From contig CAVRAI010000007.1 in NCBI GenBank assembly GCA_963718915.1, forward strand, positions 420,001 through 452,000: a stretch of 32,000 nucleotides of DNA. Direction: 5' to 3'. The first letter of the stretch is position 1. Each line of letters starts with the position of its first letter. A model generated the notes under the pieces. The model was not told the origin of the DNA and made no database searches. It was given only the letters and a program-made list of their open reading frames with translations. Shown here in pieces: positions 10,859-19,020 of this stretch. The DNA comes from an uncultured Chloroflexia bacterium (GTDB taxonomy: Bacteria > Chloroflexota > Ktedonobacteria > Ktedonobacterales > JADMIN01). The translations under genes were made by a program, and so were the position numbers.

Positions 10859-11082
10859 ATGAACTTTTAGAAATACCTCCGTACAGCGTGCTGGGGTGAG
10901 CCAGCCGGAGCCTGATGTCGTTTTAGAAATAACCCCGTACAGCGTGCTGGGGTGGGCGAGAGCGAGCCGGAGCCTGCCAGCGAATGGGCCAGAGAGAGCG
11001 GGAAATTCGCCGTAGCATTTATGCTACGGCCTGCCTCGCCCGCCACGATGTATGCTGTTCGGAAGAAAACGTAAAAGTTCAT
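10859..11082. mobile_element. Candidate non-autonomous (MITE-like) insertion of 224 bp with 10-bp terminal inverted repeats
   Basis: ATGAACTTTT (10859-10868) and AAAAGTTCAT (11073-11082) are perfect inverted repeats. The flanks CGTTCAGGCGCGGTTT and AACCGCCCGC are contiguous, apart from 1 nt, at 30438-30464. Confidence 0.3.
10865..10976 (+). repeat. Tandem direct repeat, 2 copies (50 and 56 nt): TTTTAGAAATAxCxCCGTACAGCGTGCTGGGGTG...AGCCGGAGCCTG
   Basis: Copy 1 is 10865-10914 and copy 2 is 10921-10976. They differ by a few substitutions and a 6-nt indel. Confidence 0.85.
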
Positions 11083-11141
11083 TAACCGCCCGCTATTTCC
11101 GCGTATCAGATGCGCACCAACTTGTAACAACCGCCCGCACT

Positions 11142-12326
11142 CTACCCCACCTGTTTCAGCGCCTGGTCGAAGTCGGCGATGATGTCGGGCAGGTCTTCCA
11201 GGCCGATCGCCACGCGGATCAGCCCATCGGTGACGCCCGACTTCGCGCGGTCTTCGGCGCTCAGGCCGCCGTGTGAGATCGAGGCGGGATGCGAGACCAG
11301 CGTATCGGCGTCGCCCAGGCTGGCCGAACGCAACGCCATCTTCAGCCCATTGAGCACGCGGTAGGCGACTGGCTTGCCGCCCGCGACCTCGAAGCTGAGC
11401 ACTCCGCCGAAGCCGGGCATGCGCGCCTTTGCCAGCGCGTGCTGCGGATGTGACTCCAGGCCGGGATAGTGGACGCGCGTGACGCCGGGCTGCTCTTGCA
11501 GGAAGCGGGCGAGGCCCAGCGCGTTGGCGCAGTGGCGCTCCATACGGAGCGAGAGTGTCTTGAGGCCGCGCAGCATCAGCCACGCCTCCAGCGGTCCAGC
11601 GCAGGCGCCGAAGTCAATTCGAATAGTGTGCGCCTTGTGAACCAGCGCATCATTTCCGGCGACGACTCCGGCGATCAGGTCGCCGTGGCCGCCGATATAC
11701 TTGGTCGCGCTATGCGCCACCAGATCAGCGCCGTCCTCCAGCGGGCGGGCGAGGTACGGGCTGGTGAACGTGCTATCCACCGCCAGCAGCGCGCCGTGAG
11801 CGTGGGCAATCTCCGCCAGCGCGCGAATGTCGAGTACCGACGTGGTGGGATTGCTGATCGTCTCCGCCCAGATGAGCTTTGTCTCGGGCCGAATCGCCCG
11901 CTCGAACGCCGCGAGGTCGGTGGCGTCGGCAAAGGTGTGGCTGATGTTGAAGCGTGGTAGCGTGCGTGTCAGCAGGCCATAGGTGCCGCCATAGATTTGC
12001 TCGGTCGCCAGGATGTGCTGGCCGCTCTCCACCACCGCCAGAATCGCCGCCGCGACCGCGCCAATGCCTGAGGCATAGCTGGTGGCGGCCTCAGCGCCCT
12101 CCAGGCTGGCGATGGTCTGCTGCAGCGCGTCGGTGGTTGGATTCGAGGCGCGGCTATAGGCGTAGCCAGGCTCTTTGCCAGTGGCGACGCTCTCCTGATC
12201 CTCGGCGGTCTCGAAGGCGAAGCTCGATGTCTGGAAGAGCGGGAAGGCGATAGGCTGGCCTTTGCCGCCGCCGTGATAGTGCACTGTGTGAATCGCACGC
12301 GTCGAGAAACCGCGCCCGTCTGCCAT
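11142..12326 (-). CDS. Cys/Met-metabolism PLP-dependent enzyme (methionine gamma-lyase / O-acylhomoserine sulfhydrylase-like)
   Basis: Motifs [16 protein letters not shown] and [12 protein letters not shown] (the PLP lysine). Start taken as MADGRGF at 12326 (the longest ORF starts at 12383). Confidence 0.85.
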   Translation of the reverse strand: MADGRGFSTRAIHTVHYHGGGKGQPIAFPLFQTSSFAFETAEDQESVATGKEPGYAYSRASNPTTDALQQTIASLEGAEAATSYASGIGAVAAAILAVVESGQHILATEQIYGGTYGLLTRTLPRFNISHTFADATDLAAFERAIRPETKLIWAETISNPTTSVLDIRALAEIAHAHGALLAVDSTFTSPYLARPLEDGADLVAHSATKYIGGHGDLIAGVVAGNDALVHKAHTIRIDFGACAGPLEAWLMLRGLKTLSLRMERHCANALGLARFLQEQPGVTRVHYPGLESHPQHALAKARMPGFGGVLSFEVAGGKPVAYRVLNGLKMALRSASLGDADTLVSHPASISHGGLSAEDRAKSGVTDGLIRVAIGLEDLPDIIADFDQALKQVG

Positions 12327-12397
12327 GTTTGCGCCCCTTTGTTGCATGTGCCGTTCGTGTTCGTTGGCATGTTTGATCGACATCTGCCATCACTCTG

Positions 12398-13531
12398 TCA
12401 ACAGTGTAGCAGGTTGGAGCAATTGCAGAGGCAGAGGTCACAGCGCTTCTCACGGCAGGCGTGCTGCCAGAGGTGGTGCAGTCCCTGCTGCGCCAGCGCG
12501 CCTCGTGGCAGACGCGCGAGACCGAGCGTGCGCGCCATCTCGCGAACGATCTGGTTGGAGGGCAGCCCCGACCACGACTGATAAATGGCTCGCGCCCGGC
12601 TGGCCAGCGCGCTATCGCCAGTGGTCGCCGCGATGGCCACGGCAAATGGCAGCGCGACGTTGACCGCGACGATAGCCGCGCGTCCCGGAGAGACCGCGCC
12701 CCTCTCCGCAACTCGCAGCGCCGCGAGGAGCGCCCGAACCGCCTGACGTGGCTCTCCGGAGCGGATGACAGGCTCTAGCGCATTCCACGGACCTTTACGC
12801 CGCCAGCGTCCGTACCACGCCAACAGGCCGCGCGCGCGCATCCGCTCGATACCTGGGAGCGACGTATATTCCAGTGAGGATGGACTTGCCGCAAGCAGTG
12901 TCTCGCCCAGCCGTCGGAGCGCCGTGCGGTCGCGTCCGTAACCAAGCGCCTCGGCCAGCGCCAGCCAGAGCACGCGATTGGGATTATCCCATCCATCCTC
13001 AGGTGATACCGATGCGCCGCGCAGTTCATCCTCCAGCCGCCCGGCATGTTCGGCGAAGCGCGCCATCCCGGCGCTGTGGAGCAGTTCAGTAAGCAGCGTC
13101 GCGTTATCCTGTATGGCGATTCCGGCGCAGGGCCAGCGCCAGAGAGTCTCCGCGACGAGCGGCTGAGTCTCACCTAGCACGACTAGCGGCACGGTTCGCC
13201 CGCTGGCAAGCGACGTCTCCGCTGGGTCGCGCGCGCTGCGCTTGAGCACGACATGGAGCGCCAGCCCATTGTAGCGGGGGTCATCAGCGTGGCCGTGTGC
13301 GTGCCACCCGGCAGGGCGAAGGTGCAGTTCGATATCGCCGTAGACATGACTGCCATCGGGACAGGCCAGCACAGCATCGCGAAAGTCTGGGCCAGCGCCA
13401 CCGCCGCGCCTGCCTTCGAAGATCACGCGAAACGTCTCGCCACGCTCGGTCCGCAGCGTCGCCCCGCGCCACACGCCCGCCGACCAGCGCGCCGCCAGCT
13501 CAGCCTCGCGGGTGTGCGTGGTTGCGGGCAT
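12398..13531 (-). CDS. DUF2851 family protein
   Basis: The N-terminal pattern GAGPDFRDAVL....GDIELHLRPAGWHAHGHADDPRYNGLALHVVL matches DUF2851 from memory. SD AAGGTAAGAGG lies before ATG 13531. Confidence 0.8.
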   Translation of the reverse strand: MPATTHTREAELAARWSAGVWRGATLRTERGETFRVIFEGRRGGGAGPDFRDAVLACPDGSHVYGDIELHLRPAGWHAHGHADDPRYNGLALHVVLKRSARDPAETSLASGRTVPLVVLGETQPLVAETLWRWPCAGIAIQDNATLLTELLHSAGMARFAEHAGRLEDELRGASVSPEDGWDNPNRVLWLALAEALGYGRDRTALRRLGETLLAASPSSLEYTSLPGIERMRARGLLAWYGRWRRKGPWNALEPVIRSGEPRQAVRALLAALRVAERGAVSPGRAAIVAVNVALPFAVAIAATTGDSALASRARAIYQSWSGLPSNQIVREMARTLGLARLPRGALAQQGLHHLWQHACREKRCDLCLCNCSNLLHC

Positions 13532-13577
13532 TGTGTAACCTCTTACCTTGCTGCCTGCGGGTACAAGAATGTAATTT

Positions 13578-13716
13578 AGCCTGCCTCATATGGCATGGTT
13601 GGATCCAGGGTTCCCATGCCGTAGGCTGAAGACCTACGGCTAATCCTGCTCGGTCAAGATCCTCTGGAAGGCTGATGGTATGCCGCCCCAGGATTAGCCG
13701 CGGCATTCATGCCGCG
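13578..13716. other. Chain of four overlapping hairpins in a 409-nt divergent intergenic region (candidate leader or ncRNA)
   Basis: H1 is AGCCT..GGCATGG/CCATGCC..AGGCT (13578-13627). H2 is GCCGTAGG/CCTACGGC (13618-13640). H3 is GGCTAATCCTG/CAGGATTAGCC (13638-13699). H4 is CGCGGCAT/ATGCCGCG (13699-13716). Confidence 0.3.
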
Positions 13717-13940
13717 AAGTTGCGATAGGGTAACATTTGCCATCGGGTACCCATCCATGACAAGTTGTCATCTTCGCTGTAAAAAGCGGAAAGGCCGTCT
13801 GACTCCATCATTCTTAGGCGATTGATTGAAGCGACCGCCGCTGGGGTGATATGCTCGGCTAAGGTGCAGCCGCGCGCCATCGGGCCATTGGGCTGCTCCC
13901 CAACTTCAGCGCCTTCAAAGTCGAGGGAGGATATCGCACT

Positions 13941-15548
13941 ATGGCTGTGCTTGAAAGCCGGATAGATCGCAGCGCCCCGGAATATCAGGAGAATCGCGCC
14001 TACTTCGCCGGGCTGATCGAGGAACTGCGCCTGCACACCGAACATGCGCGCCAGGGTGGCGGCGAGCGCGCCATCGCCAGGCATCGCGCCCGCAAGAAGC
14101 TGCTGGCTCGCGAGCGGATCGAGCTGCTCTGCGATCCCGAAACGCCGTTCCTGGAGTTCAATGCGCTAGCGGCGAACGGCATGTATGACGACGAGGCGCC
14201 CTCGGCGGGCATCGTCACCGGCATCGGCGTCGTCGAGGGGCTGGAGTGCGTCATCGTCGCCAACGACGCGACCGTCAAGGGCGGCACATACTTCCCAATG
14301 ACCGTCAAGAAGCACCTGCGCGCGCAGGAGATTGGCGAGCAGAACCACCTGCCCTGCATCTACCTGGTAGACTCAGGCGGCGCGTTTCTCCCGCTTCAGG
14401 CCGACGTCTTCCCCGACCGCGAGCACTTTGGTCGCATCTTCTACAACCAGGCGCAGATGTCGGCCAAAGGCATCCCGCAAATCGCGGCGGTGATGGGGTC
14501 GTGTACTGCGGGCGGCGCGTATATCCCGGCGATGAGCGATGAGACCGTGATCGTGCGCGGCAACGGCACCATCTTCCTGGCTGGCCCGCCGCTGGTGAAG
14601 GCGGCGACTGGTGAGGAGGTCTCCGCCGAGGATCTGGGCGGCGCGGATGTGCATAGCCGAAAGTCTGGCGTCACCGATCACTACGCGCTCAACGATGAGC
14701 ACGCTCTGGCCATCGTCCGCGAGATCGTCGCCAACCTCAACCGGCGCAAGGAGTATCCGTGGGACGTTTTGCCGCCGGAGCCGCCGAAGGCCGACCCGAA
14801 CGATTTGTACGGCATCGTGCCGAGCGATCCGCGCAAGAGCTTCGACGTGCGCGAGATCATCGCCCGGCTGGTGGATGGCAGCCGCTTCCATGAGTTCAAG
14901 GCGCTCTATGGCACGACACTGGTCTGTGGCTTTGGGCGCTTGATGGGCTACCCCGTCGGCATCATCGCCAACAACGGCATCCTCTTTTCCGAGAGCGCGC
15001 TCAAGGCAACCCATTTCATCGAACTCTGCTGCCAGCGCAAGACGCCGCTGATCTTCCTGCAGAACATTACCGGCTTTATGGTGGGCAGGCAGTATGAGGC
15101 GGGCGGCATCGCCAAGGACGGCGCGAAGATGGTGATGGCGGTCGCCAACGCCAATGTGCCAAAGTTCACGGTCATCGTCGGCGGCTCGTTCGGCGCGGGC
15201 AACTATGGCATGTGCGGTCGGGCGTATGGGCCGCGCCAGTTATGGATGTGGCCCAACGCGCGCATCTCGGTGATGGGTGGCGAGCAGGCGGCCAGCACGC
15301 TGCTGACGGTGCGGATGGAGGGGATGGCGGCGCGCGGCCAGACGATGACGGCTGAGGAGCAGGAGCAGTTCAAAGCGCCGACGCTGGCGAAGTACGAGGA
15401 GGAAGGCAACCCCTATTACAGCACGGCGCGGCTGTGGGATGACGGCATCCTCGATCCGCTGGAGACGCGGACGACGCTGGCGCTGGGCATCGCCGCGGCG
15501 CTCAACGCGCCGATCCCGGAGACGCGGTTCGGTGTGTTCCGGATGTGA
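13941..15548 (+). CDS. Methylcrotonyl-CoA carboxylase beta subunit (acyl-CoA carboxyltransferase)
   Basis: Full-length similarity to MCCase-beta-type carboxyltransferases: [57 protein letters not shown] and [30 protein letters not shown] is present. Confidence 0.9.
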   Translation: MAVLESRIDRSAPEYQENRAYFAGLIEELRLHTEHARQGGGERAIARHRARKKLLARERIELLCDPETPFLEFNALAANGMYDDEAPSAGIVTGIGVVEGLECVIVANDATVKGGTYFPMTVKKHLRAQEIGEQNHLPCIYLVDSGGAFLPLQADVFPDREHFGRIFYNQAQMSAKGIPQIAAVMGSCTAGGAYIPAMSDETVIVRGNGTIFLAGPPLVKAATGEEVSAEDLGGADVHSRKSGVTDHYALNDEHALAIVREIVANLNRRKEYPWDVLPPEPPKADPNDLYGIVPSDPRKSFDVREIIARLVDGSRFHEFKALYGTTLVCGFGRLMGYPVGIIANNGILFSESALKATHFIELCCQRKTPLIFLQNITGFMVGRQYEAGGIAKDGAKMVMAVANANVPKFTVIVGGSFGAGNYGMCGRAYGPRQLWMWPNARISVMGGEQAASTLLTVRMEGMAARGQTMTAEEQEQFKAPTLAKYEEEGNPYYSTARLWDDGILDPLETRTTLALGIAAALNAPIPETRFGVFRM

Positions 15549-15561
15549 CCTTACCCCCTAA

Positions 15562-15585
15562 CCCCTCTCCTCGCGAGGTGAGGGG
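15562..15585. repeat. C-tract/G-tract hairpin repeat (CCCCTCtCCTCG CGAGGtGAGGGG) 14 nt after the stop codon
   Basis: A near-perfect 24-nt palindrome. Related copies are at 24394-24418, 30335-30356 and, inverted, at 30468-30490. Confidence 0.7.
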
Positions 15586-15730
15586 AACCAGATCTCCACT
15601 CTCTGAACCCTCTCTCCGCGCGCGTATTGACCGAACTGGCTTCAGCCTGCGGCGCGCCGTTCGCGGCGCCCGATACGCCCAGTGCTGATGTTTTCAATAA
15701 GTGACAATATTAACAAAATGAATATATGTA

Positions 15731-15759
15731 TTGACTTTATTTCACAGCTATGCTATAAA
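15731..15759 (+). promoter_or_regulatory. Candidate sigma70-type promoter TTGACT-17-TATAAA
   Basis: TTGACT at 15731-15736 and TATAAA at 15754-15759, in a very AT-rich patch upstream of the DUF2807 gene. Confidence 0.5.
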
Positions 15760-15782
15760 CTTTGTAACAACACGGCGAGGGG

Positions 15783-16529
15783 ATGAGCAGCTTCTCGCAC
15801 CATTCGCGATCCCAGAGCGGTAGAGAGAGGGTCATGGCTATGGCTACTGGATTTGGACGCATCCTGCGCAACGCTTTTGGCCACGTCGTTGGTTCGGGCA
15901 ATGTTGTCTCCGAGCAGCGCGATGTCGGCGACTTTGACGAGATCACACTGTCGGGGGTAGGTCGGCTTCATATCACCCAGACCGGCAGTGAGTCGCTGAC
16001 TATCGAGGCGGAAGACAACATCCTGCCACTGCTGACCTCCGAGGTTCATGGGCGCCGCCTGGTGTTGGGCACGGAGCCGGGCTCGCATTTCAGCCCGAAG
16101 AAACCCATCCGCTTTACCCTGACCGTCAAAGACCTTTCCGCCGTCCGCCTCTCTGGCGCGGGCAACATTGTGATTCCAGCGCTCGGCACGCCTTCGCTCC
16201 AGCTGGAGATCAGTGGCGCGGGCAACATGACTGTGACTGGGCTGGCGGCGGATAGCCTGGAAGTGACCCTCAGCGGCGCAGGCAGCCTTACCTGTGCGGG
16301 CGAGGCGCGCGACCAGGAGACACGTATCTCCGGCGCTGGCTCCTATCACGGCGAGGATCTTGCCAGCATGACGGCGCGTGTCGTCATCTCCGGGACGGGT
16401 AGCGCCCATGTCCGTGTCAGCGAGCAACTGGATGCGCGGATCAGCGGCGTCGGCAGCATCGTCTATAGCGGCAGCCCGACCGTGCGCAAGTCGGTCAGCG
16501 GCGTTGGGCGTATCTCACAACGCGCATAA
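15783..16529 (+). CDS. DUF2807 (head GIN / putative adhesin-like beta-helix) domain protein. The start is uncertain (15783, 15834 or 15840).
   Basis: Repeated SGAG/SGVG/SGTG rungs (LSGAGNIVI, ISGAGNMTV, LSGAGSLTC, ISGAGSYHG, ISGTGSAHV, ISGVGSIVYSGSP, VSGVGRI) are typical of DUF2807. No obvious signal peptide. Confidence 0.8.
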   Translation: MSSFSHHSRSQSGRERVMAMATGFGRILRNAFGHVVGSGNVVSEQRDVGDFDEITLSGVGRLHITQTGSESLTIEAEDNILPLLTSEVHGRRLVLGTEPGSHFSPKKPIRFTLTVKDLSAVRLSGAGNIVIPALGTPSLQLEISGAGNMTVTGLAADSLEVTLSGAGSLTCAGEARDQETRISGAGSYHGEDLASMTARVVISGTGSAHVRVSEQLDARISGVGSIVYSGSPTVRKSVSGVGRISQRA

Positions 16530-16822
16530 GCGCGGCACGTATAGTGCTATAGACAGGCGCGCATAAGGCGCCTGTCAGGGATGGAACAGAGCGGACTGAA
16601 CAAGCGAGCGGGAACTCTGCGATGGTGGTCGCGGGGTTCTCGCTTTGCTGTGCCAGACCTCACCTCCAGATGCGCCCCGGTCGTGGGCTTGCCGGGCGTA
16701 TTGGGCGGCCTTCATCAACGTTAATACTGATAAGCAATCGCGCTGTGTTCATCGATGACGATATCCTGGCCCTGCCCGAATGCGCGGTTTCCATCGGCGC
16801 GCCGATATGGCACAATGCGCCT

Positions 16823-17461
16823 ATGGCAGAAGAACACGACACACCAGAACAAATGGATGTCATCGGCACAGGGCGGCTGGAAGCCTTCAGCGATGGCGTG
16901 ATGGCGGTCATCATCACGATCATGGTGCTGGAGCTTCGCCCGCCGCCGGGCGCGGAACTGAAAGACCTCATATCACTGGTTCCGAAGCTGCTGGTGTATA
17001 TGCTGAGCTTTGTCTTTATCGGCATCTACTGGAACAACCACCACCACCTGCTGCGCGCAACGCCTGGCATCAGCGGAGGTGTGATGTGGGCGAACCTGCA
17101 CCTGCTCTTCTGGCTCTCGCTGGTTCCAGTCAGCACCGCCTGGGCTGGCGATCATCTCGATGCGCCCTGGCCCGCCGTGATCTATGGCGCGATTGCCCTG
17201 CTGACCGCCATTGCCTATTACATCCTGGAGCGGTTCATCATTCGCGCCAATAAAGGCGCCGATATCGAGCGCGCAATTGGCGCCGACCACAAGGACAAGA
17301 TTTCGCTCGCCATCTATGCGTTCGGCATGTTGCTCGCGGGCTTCGGCCAGCTCGCCCCGGCTGGCTCCATCCTCACCTACCTTCCCATCGTCTCCTACCT
17401 CACCTATGCTGTTGTCGCGGTGATCTGGTTCATCCCGGATCGGCGGTTCACGCGGCAATAA
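16823..17461 (+). CDS. TMEM175/DUF1211 family membrane protein (putative K+ channel)
   Basis: The signature RLEAFSDGVMAVIITIMVLEL is present, with about 6 TM helices. Start taken at MAEEHD (ATG 16823); the ORF-track N-terminal extension looks non-coding. Confidence 0.8.
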   Translation: MAEEHDTPEQMDVIGTGRLEAFSDGVMAVIITIMVLELRPPPGAELKDLISLVPKLLVYMLSFVFIGIYWNNHHHLLRATPGISGGVMWANLHLLFWLSLVPVSTAWAGDHLDAPWPAVIYGAIALLTAIAYYILERFIIRANKGADIERAIGADHKDKISLAIYAFGMLLAGFGQLAPAGSILTYLPIVSYLTYAVVAVIWFIPDRRFTRQ

Positions 17462-17532
17462 TGGCGCCATGCTACAAACGAGGCTTTCCCATCTTTTGCG
17501 TACCGTATCGTCGCCTCACCACAGCACAGGCG

Positions 17533-18876
17533 TCACACATGGGCAGTCTCACACGCCGACGTGGAGGATAGCGCTGATTCCTTGTCCACCAGTGCGGGAT
17601 CCGGCTCGGTGGGGAGCGACCGCAGGCGTGGCAGCGGCGTCGCCAGCAGCGTTACCAGCAGGATGGCGACGAAGCCGCCAGCCGCCAGCCACAGAGTCGC
17701 ATGCAGGCTGAGGAAGGAGGTCAGCCCGCTGGCAAGCAGGAAACCCAGCGCGCCCAGCCCATACGAGACGAACCGCAGACTCGCGCCAACACGGCCGAGC
17801 AGATGATGCGGCGTCACTGCCTGGCGATAGCTGAGCACCAGCACGCTCCAGAGGCCGAGACCCGTCCGCACGAGGAAGTACGCCAGCGTGAAGCATGCGA
17901 CCTCCACGGACACCGGACCCGCCGCAGCCGGAATCAGCAGCCAGGGGATCGTTCCAAAGGTGAAGGCGATGCCGAGCACCGGGCCGAACCGCCCGCGCTG
18001 GCCCAGCCGTGTGGAAATGGTCGAGCCAATCACGCCGCCGACGGCGCCCACCGCGAAGATCGCGCCGAGCGTTCCCGCCCCAAGATGTAGTTCGCGCACG
18101 GCATAGAGGACGAAGACCGTGTCGGCGATACCAAAGAGCATATTCCACAGCCCGCTCATCACCATAATCGCGCGCAGATTCAGGTTGCGCCAGACAACAT
18201 CAATTCCCATGCCGATGTCTCGCAGCAGGCGCCCGCGCTGACCCGGCTGGATGTGTGGCGCTGGCTCAGGGGCGTGAATGGCCAGCAGCGTGATCGTCGC
18301 GACGACATAGGAGATCGCGTCGGCCAGCAACGCCACCGGCGCGCTGAGCAGCTGCACCAGCAGCCCGCCGAGTCCCGGCCCTGCTACCTCCGCCGCCGCC
18401 GCGCTCGTCGCCACTTTGCCGTTCGCCTCCACCAGTTCATTCGAGGTGATGAGTGTCGGCACGTAGGCGAGCCAGGTGAGATCGAAGAGTACGGTGAAGA
18501 TACCGACCGCGAACGCAATCGCCGCCAGCAGCCAGAGCTGCAACAGGCCGAGGATCGCGAGTAGCGGAACCAGCACGATCAAAAGGGCGCGCGTGGCGTT
18601 CGCCAGAATCATCATCGGTCGGCGTCGACGCCGGTCGACCCACGCCCCGAATATCAGCGTGAAAAGGATGTACGGGAGCGCCTCGACGAAGCGGATGAAT
18701 CCCAACTGAGATGCGGTGGCGTTGAGTGTCAGCACGGCGGTTAGCGGCAGGGCGAGCAGCGTCACCTGCGTGCCGAAGAGCGAGACGGTCTCGCCCGACC
18801 AGAAGAGCATGAACGCGCGATGCTTCCAGAGCGTTCCATGTCCCTTCTCATCAGACATATCAGATAGCGTGGACAT
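17533..18876 (-). CDS. MFS transporter (EntS/MFS_3-like, 12 TM)
   Basis: Motifs LWKHRAFMLFWSGETVSLFGTQV and WVDRRRRRPMMILAN. It is hydrophobic throughout. SD GAAGGGG lies before ATG 18876. Confidence 0.85.
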   Translation of the reverse strand: MSTLSDMSDEKGHGTLWKHRAFMLFWSGETVSLFGTQVTLLALPLTAVLTLNATASQLGFIRFVEALPYILFTLIFGAWVDRRRRRPMMILANATRALLIVLVPLLAILGLLQLWLLAAIAFAVGIFTVLFDLTWLAYVPTLITSNELVEANGKVATSAAAAEVAGPGLGGLLVQLLSAPVALLADAISYVVATITLLAIHAPEPAPHIQPGQRGRLLRDIGMGIDVVWRNLNLRAIMVMSGLWNMLFGIADTVFVLYAVRELHLGAGTLGAIFAVGAVGGVIGSTISTRLGQRGRFGPVLGIAFTFGTIPWLLIPAAAGPVSVEVACFTLAYFLVRTGLGLWSVLVLSYRQAVTPHHLLGRVGASLRFVSYGLGALGFLLASGLTSFLSLHATLWLAAGGFVAILLVTLLATPLPRLRSLPTEPDPALVDKESALSSTSACETAHV

Positions 18877-19020
18877 TGAGAGATACCCCTTCTATCGCTG
18901 GCCTGTTTTTGCTGCGAGTTTGTCATGTTTCTCGGAGATGTAACCGTGCTATATTCAAAGTATATGGCGGTATATGCGCCAGCTATATGTCATATTTTTG
19001 CTGAATTACGGAGGCGTGCG

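Noticed and set aside
10865-10976. Possible mini-CRISPR array; the repeats begin with GTTTTAGA-like sequence
   Set aside because: There are only two copies, and the similarity covers almost the whole 56-nt period, leaving no unique spacers. There are no cas genes. It is a tandem duplication inside a repeat element.
10867-11583. 238-aa minus-strand ORF
   Set aside because: It runs out of frame through the 3' part of the PLP-enzyme gene and on into the intergenic repeat block. It is not coding.
13707-14084. 125-aa minus-strand ORF in the DUF2851/MCCase spacer
   Set aside because: Its 5' part overlaps the MCCase start region in antisense. No SD precedes any internal Met, it contains rare codons, and it has no motifs. 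The region is better explained as a structured non-coding leader.
15753-16427. 224-aa minus-strand ORF overlapping the DUF2807 gene
   Set aside because: The plus-strand frame has the clear repeated SG(A/V/T)G beta-helix rungs of DUF2807 and a promoter and SD upstream. The minus frame has no features.
16577-16822. Looked for a c-di-AMP (ydaO-type) or other riboswitch upstream of the putative K+ channel gene
   Set aside because: Some local hairpins exist (for example 16604-16645 and the 9-bp stem GACAGGCGC/GCGCCTGTC at 16552-16576). I could not find the conserved cores of the riboswitch classes I know, so there is not enough evidence for a call.
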